NCBI RefSeq assembly: GCF_009834535.1
Contig: NC_045696.1
Span: forward strand, 66,836,001 to 66,900,000
From: Camelus ferus
Taxonomy: Eukaryota
Length of the DNA: 64,000 nucleotides
Reading direction: 5' to 3'
Program-made: the position numbers and the translations under genes
Part shown: positions 11,411 to 23,778 of the stretch, piece after piece
Layout: the number at the start of each line of letters is the position of its first letter
Numbering within the stretch: position 1 is the first letter of the stretch
Notes under the pieces: model-generated
Database searches by the model: none
Seen by the model: only the letters and a program-made list of their open reading frames with translations
Told to the model about the DNA's origin: nothing

Positions 11411-11689
11411 ACCTTAAGAAAAGAAATGAAATTTTAACTGCATAATCGTGAATATTTCAAATTATAAAGGAGAGACTGGGTAAATGCGTCAGTTAGGTGG
11501 AACGTGTATAAAAATGATCTGGGAATATAGCAAGACTTCTGATAAATTAGCTGTGAGAAAGTGTGAAGTTTAGGCACATAATCAAGGGAGAACAGACGGG
11601 CCTGAGGGAGGCGCACCAACAGATGGGAAGCGCAGAGCTCAGAACAAGCTAATCTCCCCTTCCAAAGGCTACATATTAGCTTTAAATTA

Positions 11690-11952
11690 GATGACGTACA
11701 AACATGTATAAGAGAAAGGGCAGGGAGAGATACACTAGGGGTTGGGGATTAATAGACACACTACTATATATATAAAATAGATAAGGGCCTACTGTACAGC
11801 ACAGGGCACTATATTCAATTTCTTGTAATAATCTATAATGGAAAAGAATCTCAAAAGAAAATAGATATGTATGTATATGTATAACTGAATCACTTTGCTG
11901 TGCACCTGAAGCTAACATTGTAAATTAACTTCACGTCAATACATTTTTTTTA
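11690..11952 (+). mobile_element. young cetartiodactyl-type L1 3' UTR (5'-truncated)
   Basis: cactactatatataaaatagataagggcctactgtacagcacagggcactatattcaat...ataactgaatcactttgctgtgcacctgaagctaacattgtaaattaac. Confidence 0.85.
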
Positions 11953-12439
11953 GAAAGTTGCGATTACCAGGAGTAGCGTGACTTCCCTAGGAAGAAGTCC
12001 CCTCCGTGCCACCAAACCAATTCTAAACGCTGCTTTCTACGCACTGGTCTCTCCCTCTTGTGTCTATAGATTCTGTCTTTGCCATATCTTCTCCTGACCA
12101 TCCTCTTCCATTCTGGCAATGGAGAGATCTTCCCTTCCTCACTCCATCGTGTCTGTGGCTGAGAGACATCCAAGTTGCTCACGTTAGAACACTTCCGTAA
12201 AAGGTATTCGTTCATCTAAATCCTCTCTATATTCCTATTTATGTTAAATATATCCCTCTCCAAAGGTATCTTTTTTTTTTAATGTAAGTGATTCAAAGTA
12301 AATTTCAGAAGTATTTCCACATTCAGTCTCACGTTCATAGTTTCTCTGTTCCCATGGAAAACCAAATCGCTATTAGTTGGCTACATTCAAAATGTTATGT
12401 TTCTTTAGCTATATGGTTATCTTCTCTAGTCACCATTGA

Positions 12440-12690
12440 TTTTTTTTTTTTTGCTTTTAATTTTTTTAAATTAAACTGTAATCAGTTTACAATGTTGTAT
12501 TGGTTTCTGGTGTACAGCATAGTGATTTAGTTATATATATATATTATATATATATATAATATAATATATATATTCCTTTCCATATTCTTTTTCATTAAAG
12601 GCTTTCACAAGGTATTTGATATAGTTCCCTGTGCTATGCAGTAGGACCTTGCTTTTCATCTGTTTTATATATTGTAGTTAGTATCTGCAA
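12440..12690 (-). mobile_element. young L1 3' UTR (5'-truncated) with (TA)n expansion
   Basis: T-tail, cagtttacaatgttgtattggtttctggtgtacagcatagtgatt...atagttccctgtgctatgcagtaggaccttg. Confidence 0.85.
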
Positions 12691-14614
12691 GATTTCTCAA
12701 TGATAAGGCAAGGGTCTTCGTTCTTAGCCTGTTTAATGTTATTGACTCAGTATTCTCAGGTTTATTTTTCCCTGTAAACATTTTATTCTAAAATAAACAT
12801 AAGATCACTCCCATTCCTGGAGTTTGTGTCCTTTTCTTCAGTCTTGGCTCTCTGGCCACTGCCAGGTTGTTCCTGGAAAGCTCATCCAGATGCTTGGAAA
12901 TCAATGTTTTTGAAGTTTATTCATTTCTAGTAGATGTTTAAGACAGATCCTTGTAGTTTATTCTGTTACAGATAGCACTTCCTGTGTTTCCAACATGCAT
13001 TCCCGCCCATCAGATGATTCCCTGTGTTGTTATCTGCCTTTAACAATTTTTGATGTCAGCTTCCTGGAGCCCAGGGCAACAGCAGATCACAAACAGCGTT
13101 CTCCTATTCCACATTAACACATTCTTTAATTCTATCCCTTGCATATAATGTGTTCCCTTTTGCTGCTAACTCTCTGTCTTCCCTTTCTAAGCTATAGAGA
13201 TTGACTTTTGGAGGCTGGATCCAATCTGTTAGCCAATTTTAGGCTAACAAAAAAAAAAAAAAAAAAGAAAAAAGAAAACTGCTGTAAAGCAAGGGGCTGA
13301 TCCAGTGCAGAGTAGATATCCTCAGGCCTAATTCCCAGATTTTATGGATGCAATAAACAGCTTAGGAATTGGACATGCAGGATTACTTTTGATTAATGAG
13401 ACCAACCTTGTTTAACCGGGATATTTGTGACCCTGATTTCAGATATTCCCTGTGACCTGCAGGCTTGTGAGGCCATGTTACTAGTGTATTGAGCTTAGAA
13501 AAACTTAAATTCAGCACATGTGTATTTAAAAAGCTATAGAAAATGGTATATCTGTTTTCACTTCCCTTCCCATCCAGATCCTTCTGGGAGCAGTCAACTG
13601 CTATCTGTAGTTGTGTTCCTTACATCTTGTTATCAAAAAACGATTTATTCTTCAAAGTTATTACCTTTGTCAGAGGTATTACATGGCACCCTGTCTCAGA
13701 TGAATACAGAATTTGTCCCCTGGGAAAGGTGGTATTTAGTCTATTATTTATTATGATAATCTCCATAATCGATCCAAATAATACTACGTATTTTTTGTGT
13801 TAAGAAGGTTATCAAATAGTTGCAGTAACTATTTAATTTCAGAGATGCCTGAACATGGGAGCAGCTTTAGGGCAGAAAACACTGTGTTTGTGTCCACGTT
13901 TGTTTAGTTTGTACTTGTGTACAATTATGTTTCAGGGAGTTACTGCAATCCATGTTGTGAATTAGATCTGATGATACTTGGGGATCTGACATTTTCTCAG
14001 AGGAGATAAGTGGAATGGTAGATAGAGGGACTGAAGAAAAATTTCAGAAAAATAGATTAGTGCCACAATGGGAAAAAAATGTGAATGACATAACTGTTAC
14101 TTTATTTTGGGACATTTTCAAAGGTTTATCTGCAAAATCCAGGCTATCATAAAATTACTCAGTCTGGTCACAAGAAGAGCTATAGATTTCTTGCATCCAC
14201 TGTATTTAGTGAAAGCCAAAAAGTTCCTTTTCTAATGAGACCATTCCTGTGTAGGTAGGTATTGAGTGAAAAAGAGTGGTAAATTCCATCTCTTAAAAGG
14301 GGAAGTTATCAGGAGTTAACATTTCTATGATCTTTCAAAATTCAAATAAGTAAAGGAGAACAGAAAATGTGCAAATGATAACAGTGTTTTCATAATGTAT
14401 TCAAAATGCAGTGACTGAGAAGCTGAGAAATCCTTTATAATGTAAACTCATTATAACAAAATGGCCATGAACAAATATTCCTTGGGGTTTGACCTCAGGC
14501 AAGAAAAGAGGGAATAAAAATATATTCACGAAAAGGAGCATTATACATAAAAGGGAGGTATCCAATACAATTAATGATAAAGAATCTAAAGGTCCATAGG
14601 TCCGTAACAGGACA

Positions 14615-14800
14615 CTGGAGCCCTGATCAGGAACAAGAATTTTAGAATCCTGATTTCAGCACACTACAGATGGTTGACCTTGAGCAAGTTACTTAAGCTT
14701 TCTAAACCTCAGTTTCCTCATTTGGAGAACAGGGATACAGATACCTAATGTGTTATATTGCTGTCAGAGTAAAACGTCTAGCAGGGTACTGGCAGGTCCT
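14615..14800 (+). mobile_element. MIR SINE
   Basis: gaccttgagcaagttacttaagctttctaaacctcagtttcctcatttggagaacagggata. Confidence 0.75.
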
Positions 14801-15637
14801 CAATAAAAGGTAGGTGATGGTTATCCCTGATCTAAACTGTGGTCTAACGTTAAATCCTCACCCTCCGGAGAGTGATGAGTCACAGGGGTTATACTGAGAA
14901 GCACGGTTCAGTTCCCGGGAGCCTCAGTGTTCACAGAGACACAGAGTTATTTCTCAGACAATTTTATGGTCTCTTGATTTTTTTAACAAAAGAAAAACAA
15001 ACAAACCCAATCACTGCACAGAAATTTGTACAGTGATAAATCTTTGCTATCCCCCATTAAGGCTAATTGTGGTTTAGGTACAGAACCCAAATTCTTCACA
15101 TGGCTAACTGCTCTAATTTTTAGCACCAGATTTATAGACAGTGGTGGCTGGACCCCAAACCACCACAGGGATGGTGTCAGACTCGGTCCTTGTGGACTTA
15201 TTAAGGGTGTAGAATCATTTGCCATCAATGGCAGGAGGAAATTATAATCCTCTTTTGCTGACATGTACATACATAGCAGGTCTTTGTATAATTAAGGCCT
15301 ATTCCCCAGAAGAACAAAAGTAGCACATTCACAGAGAGACCAAAGGTAACCTCCCTGAGAACTTCATCTTTTAGCTGACCAGAATGTTCCCTACATGGTC
15401 TTTGTTCTAAGGTAAAAACTAACTACAGTGAAAAATAAATGCCATAATCTCACAACAAATGCTGCAATCAAACTTTCTCACTACACAGTCTTAGGAGGGT
15501 ATTTTCTTCCAGGAAACTCTCTTGTGCAGCTTTACTGCCAGCTCTAGACAGAGATCTAGCATTCTTCCATCTAGTAGCCAGGCTATCCTCTAGGGCTCAA
15601 ATACTCCCTCTGGGTTCTCCCTAACCAGCCTAGAAGT

Positions 15638-15707
15638 GAAGAGAGGAGGGGAGGGGAGGGAAGGGGAGGGGAGGGGAAGGAAGGAGAGGGGAGGGGAGAG
15701 GAGAGAG
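15638..15707. repeat. 70-nt pure purine (GGGGA/GGAA) tract
   Basis: Only G and A from 15638 to 15707. Confidence 0.9.
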
Positions 15708-15719
15708 CAAGCTCAGCAT

Positions 15720-15900
15720 CTTCAGGTCACCTTAGAAAGTGCAGAAGTAACATGCGGCACCCCCGCCCCTGTTGCACTGGTAGAACCAAGTCACTCGGTC
15801 ACATCTAACTTTAGGAAAAGCTGGAACACACATTCAACTGTGCCCCAAAGGAATACAGAACAGTTTGGTGAACACACGCCAAACAATCTTTCTTGGATTT
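15720..15900 (-). mobile_element. old MLT1(J/K-like) MaLR LTR remnant
   Basis: gcagaagtaacatg...cactggtagaaccaagtcactcggtcacatctaactttaggaaaagctggaa resembles old MLT1 sequence. Confidence 0.4.
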
Positions 15901-16570
15901 TTTTTTTCTTTTTGGTTTTGGTTTTTAGACAGCACTTTCAAAAAAATGCTTTTATATAAATTTAGGAGGGTGTGTGGCTGTGTGTAAAGTTGATTTGTTG
16001 ATTCTGAGAAGCATGCTGAATGAATCTTTGACATTGATTTACCCTTTTCTCTCATGCTTCTATGAAGTGGCCTCTCATTTCTGAGAGTACTTTGGAAAGA
16101 TACAAGGAGGATCCCCAACCAAGGGGAATCTGTCAAAGACGGTGGTACATCCCAAGGAGAGAGAGAAATCTCAAAATTGAGGTCTCTGAGACACAAGAGA
16201 AGTCACTCGACCAGCACTAACATGTACAGAATCTCCAGCACTTGATTATAAATGCAAACCTTATCAAATCTCTGACAAAGCAAGATTTCTTTTTTTTTTT
16301 TCTGTGCCTATCCTTTGAATGATGCATTCTTCTCTGGTATATTCTGGGGCTTGAGCAAAAAGCCTACAGTATTTGAAGGGACCAGAGCTGAGTCTTTACA
16401 TGTGTCTCTGCAAACTTTCAGGACAAGCAGAGCACCAGGTTTGGGAGAGAACACTGGGAACATGGCCACCTTTCACAACGACACAGCAGAGAAAAGAGGA
16501 GACTAAAACTTGAAGGGAGAACACTTACGAATTTTTTAGCAGCTTTTCCATATTCCAACTTATGAAGTCA

Positions 16571-16608
<38 letters not shown>

Positions 16609-16624
16609 ATACACACACACACAC
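16571..16624. repeat. compound microsatellite (TGTC)n(TC)n(AC)n
   Basis: Read directly. Confidence 0.95.
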
Positions 16625-17437
16625 TTCCATTTAAGTGGTATTTTTAATGTGCCTGCAGGTAACAACATTATAACATAGAGAGTTGGAAACCCAACTTTAC
16701 CCACGTTGCTTTTTCAGATGTGCTAAGCAAAAATGGGAACTATTAAAAACATACTTTATCTAGAATGAAGCCTAGGCTGTAACTGCTCTTTCCATAGTGG
16801 ACAAAAACTTTCCACTTGATCAAATATTTCCAGATTTGTTTTCTGTAATATTTCTTAAAAGACTTAGAAATTGATTTGCACTTCTAATATTATTATTGAA
16901 TTATTTATTAACATAATATGCAAATGTTATGAAAGTATCAATTGCAATTAGGAAAGAGGGTATACAATTTTTCCAGGTAATATATGCCCAATATAATATT
17001 AGGAATTTAATAGTTGCCTCAGACAACTAGGTCTAGCTATGAAATTGTAATTTCTAACTGTTCATAACTTGGTATTTGTAAGAGCATTCTAAAAAATATA
17101 TTGAGTCATTTTATGATAGCCTTCAAACTCTGATCCTTTCAAAAGGGAAACAAATCAGGGAGATGTGGAGCTTGACTTTCGGAAGCTGTAACTGGATCAG
17201 TCACTGAGGGTAAAGCACAGTAAGAATGTTCCCTGGTTATTTTGGATACAATCAACTTGTTTCCAATGAAGGAGACTCACCCCGGGAAATGAGTGATTTA
17301 TCTAAGTACTCAAGGCCAAAAGGAGAAGAACCAAAGGCTCGTCTTCTGTTCTCCTCAAAACCAGATGCTCGTGTACAGATTGTTTACTCAAGCTCTGATA
17401 ACCAGGTTCTTCCTCACTTGTTAAAACAAGTTAGTAG

Positions 17438-17560
17438 TTTGTTCATTCAGCAAACATTTACTGAGTACCTATTACCAGGCAGTATGTTAAGAGCCAGAAA
17501 TAGAAGAGAATAAATCAAATGCTATGAGAGCCCACAGAAGCAGGGGTGGTTGGATAGGGA
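17438..17560 (-). mobile_element. L2 3' end
   Basis: ttcattcagcaaacatttactgagtacctattaccaggcagtatgtt. Confidence 0.7.
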
Positions 17561-17769
17561 GCAGACATCAAATCTATATTAACAGCTAGATTTGTGCATC
17601 TCGATATATATCTGACCCTCAAGCCAAGTAATCAGTCATTCCAATCCTGACCTATCTCCCTATGCTGTGGTGGTCTGGGAAATTCTCAGACAAGCCCAGC
17701 TCTTACTTGGAGATATAAGATGTGGCAATAACAGCACCCCAGCACCCCCGAGTTTATACAAAGACCTGA

Positions 17770-18262
17770 CTGTGTCACGTCCCATCTCAGATATCTTCAA
17801 TGGCCCCTGATCAATGGAAGTCCAAACTCAGTGGAATGGCTTTAAGATGCTTGAAAATCTGACTCTCATCTCATCTCATAACAAAGTATAATTCATGTCC
17901 TAGTCTTAATTTCTGAAACAGCCCTTGCATTTTATAGCCTGTCTCTTTGCTTACTCTTTCTTTCAATCAAAAATACTTTCCCCCATTTGCTTACTAATCA
18001 ACAACCTAGCAAATCTTTACATCTCACCTCAAATATCATTCTTCGGCAATGTTTCTTGTCCTTCTGTAGTCAAAATAAATCTGTCTTCCTCCATACTTCC
18101 ATGGCAAACTGCTAGCTCTTAATGAATTCTGTCTTGTGCAATAGTTGCTTACGTATCTCTGCTCCTTGTAGTTGAAGACAGGGGCAGTGTATTATTGTAT
18201 CTCCATATCCACCACTGTGCTTATTATAGTGTTGGGGCAAGTATGTACTCAGTAAATACAAT
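17770..18262 (+). mobile_element. L2 3' region
   Basis: Pyrimidine-rich; ends gacaggggcagtgtattattgtatctccatatcc...tgtactcagtaaata. Confidence 0.55.
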
Positions 18263-18505
18263 TACCTTGGATTGTTCTGTTTTCCTTGTCTGGTTGGGGT
18301 ACTGAACTCGCTAGAGAAGGGTAGACTTAAGTTCTTCCTACCGGCTAGCTACTACTTTTCTTCCAGGGGCCTCCAGACCCTCTCCACTTTGATCCTTCAT
18401 ACTCCTTCTCTTCCTCTGTCCATCCACCAACAGCCACAGCAATAACCTCCTATTACTGAAGCTCCATTGAACCACCTCTCTCTCTCGTATTCTTTATTCA
18501 AGCCC

Positions 18506-18700
18506 CAGGGGTCACAAATTCAAATATCCCCATGTGCGAGGCACATAACATCAATGTAAGAATTCAGCTGACTGTAAGCTAAGATATAGGTGGGCCTGAC
18601 TGGAGACAATATGCCTGCATGAGGCCACCACGTGATTTGTTGTCATCACCAGACCAACAGTCCTGTGTGTATTGCAATGCAGTTATAATGCTGCCACTTA
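18506..18700. mobile_element. MER102-like hAT-Charlie MITE
   Basis: caggggtcacaaattcaaatat...aggcacataacatcaatgt matches the MER102 start as I recall it. Confidence 0.55.
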
Positions 18701-19975
18701 GACACAAGGCAACACGTGATTCTCATAATCAACTGAATTCCATTCTCTGTACCTTTGTGTACATTTTTTTTTTCTCCTTTGGAAGTACCTCCATCTTTAT
18801 CTTTCAAAGCCTGGATGGAGCCAGTGTTACCTCTCCCTGGAAACTTATCCAATCCATGCAGGTGAAATTTGCATTTCTCCCCGAATATGCCCATTGTGTC
18901 TCTTTAAAATCTCTAGGATACCACTCATCAGAGCTTACCTTGCACTAGCCCTCTTAGTGTATAGTAGCCTTTTCCTGCTTCCACTGTCCTCCTCGACTTC
19001 CTGCAGCATAGTGCCTTGCACAAGTAACCTCTCAATGTACAGTGTTGACTTAAACCCATGTCCCTTTTATCCCTCCTCTGAGCAGTGGCAACTGGGTTCT
19101 TGGCACAAAATCCCATAAGGCAGGTTTCTGGAAAACACTACACCCAAACCGTGGATGGGAGAATCTGTTTCAAATGATAAGGCAATGGTCCCTGACTCAA
19201 CTAGAAGACAAACAGCAACCTCAAGGTCAAGAGTCTTATCTCTGACAACATAAGGTCCATACTAGGTTGCCTTAAACTGTGGGCACCTTTACTGATGTGT
19301 CTACGTAATGTTTCCAGGTCTCCAAGAGAACAGAGAGGCCCTATCATTGATGAGTACACTCTTGATATTGAACTTATTTATAGTTTTTGGAGGGGAGGGA
19401 GGCAGTCTGAAGTGCTGTTAAAACTCTAGGAACTTGGCAGCATCCAGTGTACAGGAATTCCCCCTGCTCTGCATTTTAACACTGCTGTGATTTGTAGACA
19501 TCACTATTTAATGAAGCACACAGCTGTGTAAGAAGAGCAGGAGGCAGAGTTTGGCAATAGAGGACCAGCAGGAAATCTGGCAATCTGTGTCATCTGGAAT
19601 TTCCCTAACTCCGTCAACCCGCCCCTCCTTCCCTCACTCTCCTCTAGCTCAACCTCCTGTCCCTCTCTGAAATGACCATTTTAATGACAGAAATAACCAA
19701 GCAGAGAAATTGCAGTAGAAGTCCTGCCCTTTAACTCATGTTTAGCGAGTATATTTTTGTAAGGCCAGGGACAAGAGTTGGGCAAAGCAGCAAGATAAAT
19801 TAAGACATGATCCACATCTTCAGCTAAAATGGTAATGGAAACATTGAGGGAAGCTAAAAAAGACATCTCTTTGGGTAATATTATGAATTATTTCTTTTAA
19901 TTAAATTAGCCCTACCCTTTCCTATTTTAGCTGTAAACAGAAGTTTCCAAAGCAATTTGAAAGTTGAGAAATCTT

Positions 19976-20189
19976 GGGGGGAAGAGTATAGCTCAGTGGT
20001 AGAGTGCATGCCTAGCATGCATGAGGTCCTGGATTCAATCCCCAGTACCACCAATAAATAAATAAATAAATAAACAGATAAATAAACAAACCTAATTGCT
20101 TCTCCCCTCCTCCAAAATAAAATAAAACTAGACTGCTTCAAAAAAAAGAGTCATTAAAAATGCTTTAAAAATAAAAAGGAAGAAAGAAA
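19976..20189 (+). mobile_element. camelid Vic-1-type tRNA-Ala-derived SINE, full length
   Basis: Head ggggaagagtatagctcagtggtagagtgcatgcctagcatgcatgaggtcctggattcaatccccagtacc, (TAAA)n tail, perfect 17-bp TSD GAAAGTTGAGAAATCTT at 19959-19975 and 20190-20206. Confidence 0.92.
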
Positions 20190-21882
20190 AGAAAGTTGAG
20201 AAATCTTATGTCCGGCAGAGCTGAAGTTTATAGTTGGGTTCAAATCCTAGCTTAGGAACTCATCAATTGGGAGACATGAGCATAGGAGCATTTTCATCCT
20301 CTACAACATGGGGATAATGGTATATACTCAGCGGGGTGGTTGGGAGAATTATCTGAGAAAGTGTATTTACAAGGTCTGGCACATAGGGAGACTCGGTGTA
20401 TGTTTTCTCTTTTACTTTCCTCCTGCACCACTTTTTCCCAACACACACACAGATCTCCATGACGTTAGTACTGTATATAGACACTTTTTAAAACATAGTA
20501 GACTCAAGTAAGTATTGATATCCAAGTGTCACTCAACCCATTCTTCTTGCTGTTACTAAGTTAATGATATGATAACTGCCTTTATTTCAAGAATTCAAAG
20601 CACTTATTGACATATATGTTTATTCATTTCCAAAATATTCCTATAAAATATAAGCAAGGTCACATTTTCTTTATCCATCGTGGGGATAAAGAAAATGGGA
20701 ACAGAGGTTAAGTTGTAAGGCCCAAACCTTTAAAGGAGAACTACAATCCTTGAGTTATGTGACCTCTCACTGTAGCTTTCCCTTTATTATGTGGCCTCAG
20801 AGTATCCTCTTTGGAGTTGTAAATCAATGACAAAGTCAGTGATCCACAAAAATATTTACTAAAGACGTCTCAAACAAAAAAGCAACTGTAATTCTCAAAT
20901 AAAACATCAACAACACTAAAAAAATCAATGTTCTGTTTGCTACTTTTTCCATTAAGAATAAATAACATAAAGCTACATTAAGTAAAGAGTGATTTAAAAT
21001 AAAGACAAATTAAAGTTTTAACATTATACTTCAGTTTTAGATTTTGTCCCTATAATGGAAAAAGAAAAAAAAATTAAGACAAAAGAATAATGAAAAGCTT
21101 AGATAGAAATATAATCTTGATGTTTGCTAAAGTCTTGTAAAGCAAAGCTATAACTAACTTATGAATTCAACTCTTTGGGAATTAAAAAAGGCTACTTTGA
21201 TTGAAAGTAGGAAAATATCACAATAATTTGTTACAAAAGCACACTGTAAATCCTACCAAAAAGAGGAAAGTAGTAGTTTATATAATATTGTTTCTTCCTT
21301 GTTTTCAATAAAGCCAAATAATAATTACCGACTTAATCAATGTGGGGGAAAAAAATCTATATTTCAGCTAAGTTTTAAATTTAAATAATGTACAAGATAA
21401 ATAATGCACTACACCATCATGGGTTAAAACGGACATAAAGGAAGAAAGGAGAAACAAAGGTGAACAGTAAATAACTACATGGGGAAATGTGACTCCATGG
21501 GGATATGTGGTAAGACATACTGTAGTAACACGTTCTGCATATGTGAGAGATTGCTTTTGTAGGAATATGTGAAAAAGATTGGTTGGCACTCTACAATTTC
21601 TTGAACAATGGAAAGGTTCATAACCACTGTTCTATCGGTATCTCTGAGCCATAGAGCAATTTGTGGGTAAAAAGAAGTCTACAAGTAGTAATTATATTTT
21701 TGAATATTTTAATAAGTGACTATTATTTCTTGCATAGTATGCTACTTTCTCGGAGTTTAAGCAATGCTCACGGTAGTCTACTAAAGTAGTGGTAACGAAG
21801 GAGTCAATGACTAAATCTGCATCTCTGAGTGCCAGGTGGTCTGGGGATTTAAGCCTTTCGCCAGCCTACTGCAAATATTCTT

Positions 21883-22060
21883 ACTCTTTTTTTTGTGGGT
21901 AGGTGAGGTAATTTTGTTTGTTTGTTTGTTTGTTTATGTTTTGAGGGGTATTTAGGCTTATTTATTTATTTATTTTTTTAATGGAGGAACTGGGGCTTGA
22001 ACCCAGGACCTTGTGCATGCTAAGCATGCAATCCACCACTTCACTAAGAAAAAAAATCAT
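21883..22060 (-). mobile_element. Vic-1-type SINE lacking its first about 16 nt
   Basis: tggaggaactggggcttgaacccaggaccttgtgcatgctaagcatgcaatccaccact on the plus strand; 10-bp TSD AAATATTCTT/AAGTATTCTT at 21873-21882 and 22061-22070. Confidence 0.85.
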
Positions 22061-22444
22061 AAGTATTCTTTATGCTCCCCTTTATAATCTGTTCATTTGT
22101 GGTCAGCAAACATGCTTTGAATGTCTCCTTTATGTCAGGCATACTAGCTACTTTGGCATAACATACCTTAGTAAGCATATGCCATTGAATGTTTCCTCAG
22201 AGATTAGATTTATTCAAGCCAGAGAAGAAATTAAGCAGCCACATGGAATGCTGTTATATGCCATGAGTCAGAGTTTAGATTTTGGTATAAAATGTACAGG
22301 ATGACAGAACCAAAAATCGGATTCCAGCTAAATGAACAAAAAAGGAAACTGAAAGATAGATTGTGGTTAAAAGACAGTACATGTAGTTATATGAATTCAA
22401 TGTTGGTAGATCATTTTTAAGTTCTACATAATGCATATTGGCAA

Positions 22445-22790
22445 GGCAGCTTTCAAAGAGTATTTATTGGTCTGCTAATTGAGAGCATGAAACCAATGTA
22501 ATGGGCTACAGCTGGCTTAAGGAAAGAACAAGAGAAGGAGAGAGAATGAAAGCACACAGTAGATGATTCTGGAATGAAATAAATCACAATGGAACAGGTA
22601 CACCAGATCCCACTGCATGTAGTCTGGGTGAGGATTGTTTCATGAAATTTTTTAGTTCAACTTACAGATATTGATGTGTCTATGTGTGTATGTGTGTATG
22701 TGTGTGTGTGTGCACAGAGCATACACGCTACATAAACAGCATATTTCTATTATGGGCTAGTGATAAAAAAGATTGAAAGGCTACTCTAAA
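22445..22790. mobile_element. old hAT-Charlie MITE (Charlie4-like, subfamily uncertain)
   Basis: gcatgaaaccaatgtaatgggc...gattgtttcatgaaattttttagttc...(TG)n...aaaaaagattgaaaggctactcta. Confidence 0.45.
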
Positions 22791-22892
22791 GAATAGTTAA
22801 GGTCCATTTTTAATTAGCAATAAATTTCTACTTATATAAGCACAGTACAACTCATGAAAGTTTTAAATATAGGCTTTAAATTTGCTTTACTT

Positions 22893-23778
22893 ATTTTTAA
22901 AAATGTTTTAATGAGGTGTAATTGGCATATATTAATTAGTTTCACCTGTGCAACATAATGATTTGATATTGGTGTATCCTGCAAAATGACCACTACAACA
23001 GTAATCCATCACCATACATAGTTACAGGATTGTTTTCCTTTGTGATGAAAATTTTAAGGTTTACTCTCTTACCAACTTTCAAATATGTAATGCAGTATTA
23101 TTAACTATAGTTGCCATGCAATACATTACATCCCCATAGCTTATTTATTTTATAACTGAAAGTTTGTACCTTTTGAATCCCTTCATCCTTTTCCCCTCTC
23201 CTACTCTTCTTCTCTGGTAACCATAAATCTGTTCTCTGTGTCTGAGAGCTTTTGTTTATTTGTTTTTGTTTTTGTTTTTAGAGCCTACACCNNNNNNNNN
23301 NNNNNNNNNNNNNNNNNNNNNNNNNNNNNNNNNNNNNNNNNNNNNNNNNNNNNNNNNNNNNNNNNNNNNNNNNNNNNNNNNNNNNNNNNNNNNNNNNNNN
23401 NNNNNNNNNNNNNNNNNNNNNNNNNNNNNNNNNNNNNNNNNNNNNNNNNNNNNNNNNNNNNNNNNNNNNNNNNNNNNNNNNNNNNNNNNNNNNNNNNNNN
23501 NNNNNNNNNNNNNNNNNNNNGTTAGTGTTTTCATTTTCTTTGGATANNNNNNNNNNNNNNNNNNNNNNNNNNNNNNNNNNNNNNNNNNNNNNNNNNNNNN
23601 NNNNNNNNNNNNNNNNNNNNNNNNNNNNNNNNNNNNNNNNNNNNNNNNNNNNNNNNNNNNNNNNNNNNNNNNNNNNNNNNNNNNNNNNNNNNNNNNNNNN
23701 NNNNNNNNNNNNNNNNTATATAATAGCCATTCTATCAGAGGTGGGGTAATATCTCATGGTTTTGATTTGCATTTCAGA
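22893..23778 (-). mobile_element. L1MA9-like L1 3' end containing two N-gaps
   Basis: tttactctcttaccaactttcaaatatgtaatgcagtattattaactatagttgccatgc...; N at 23292-23520 and 23547-23716; the ORF track shows the L1 ORF2 remnant MQIKTMRYYPTSDRMAII. Confidence 0.85.

Noticed and set aside
19976-20056. tRNA-Ala gene
   Set aside because: The tRNA-like head is followed by a (TAAA)n tail and flanked by a 17-bp TSD, so it is a SINE.
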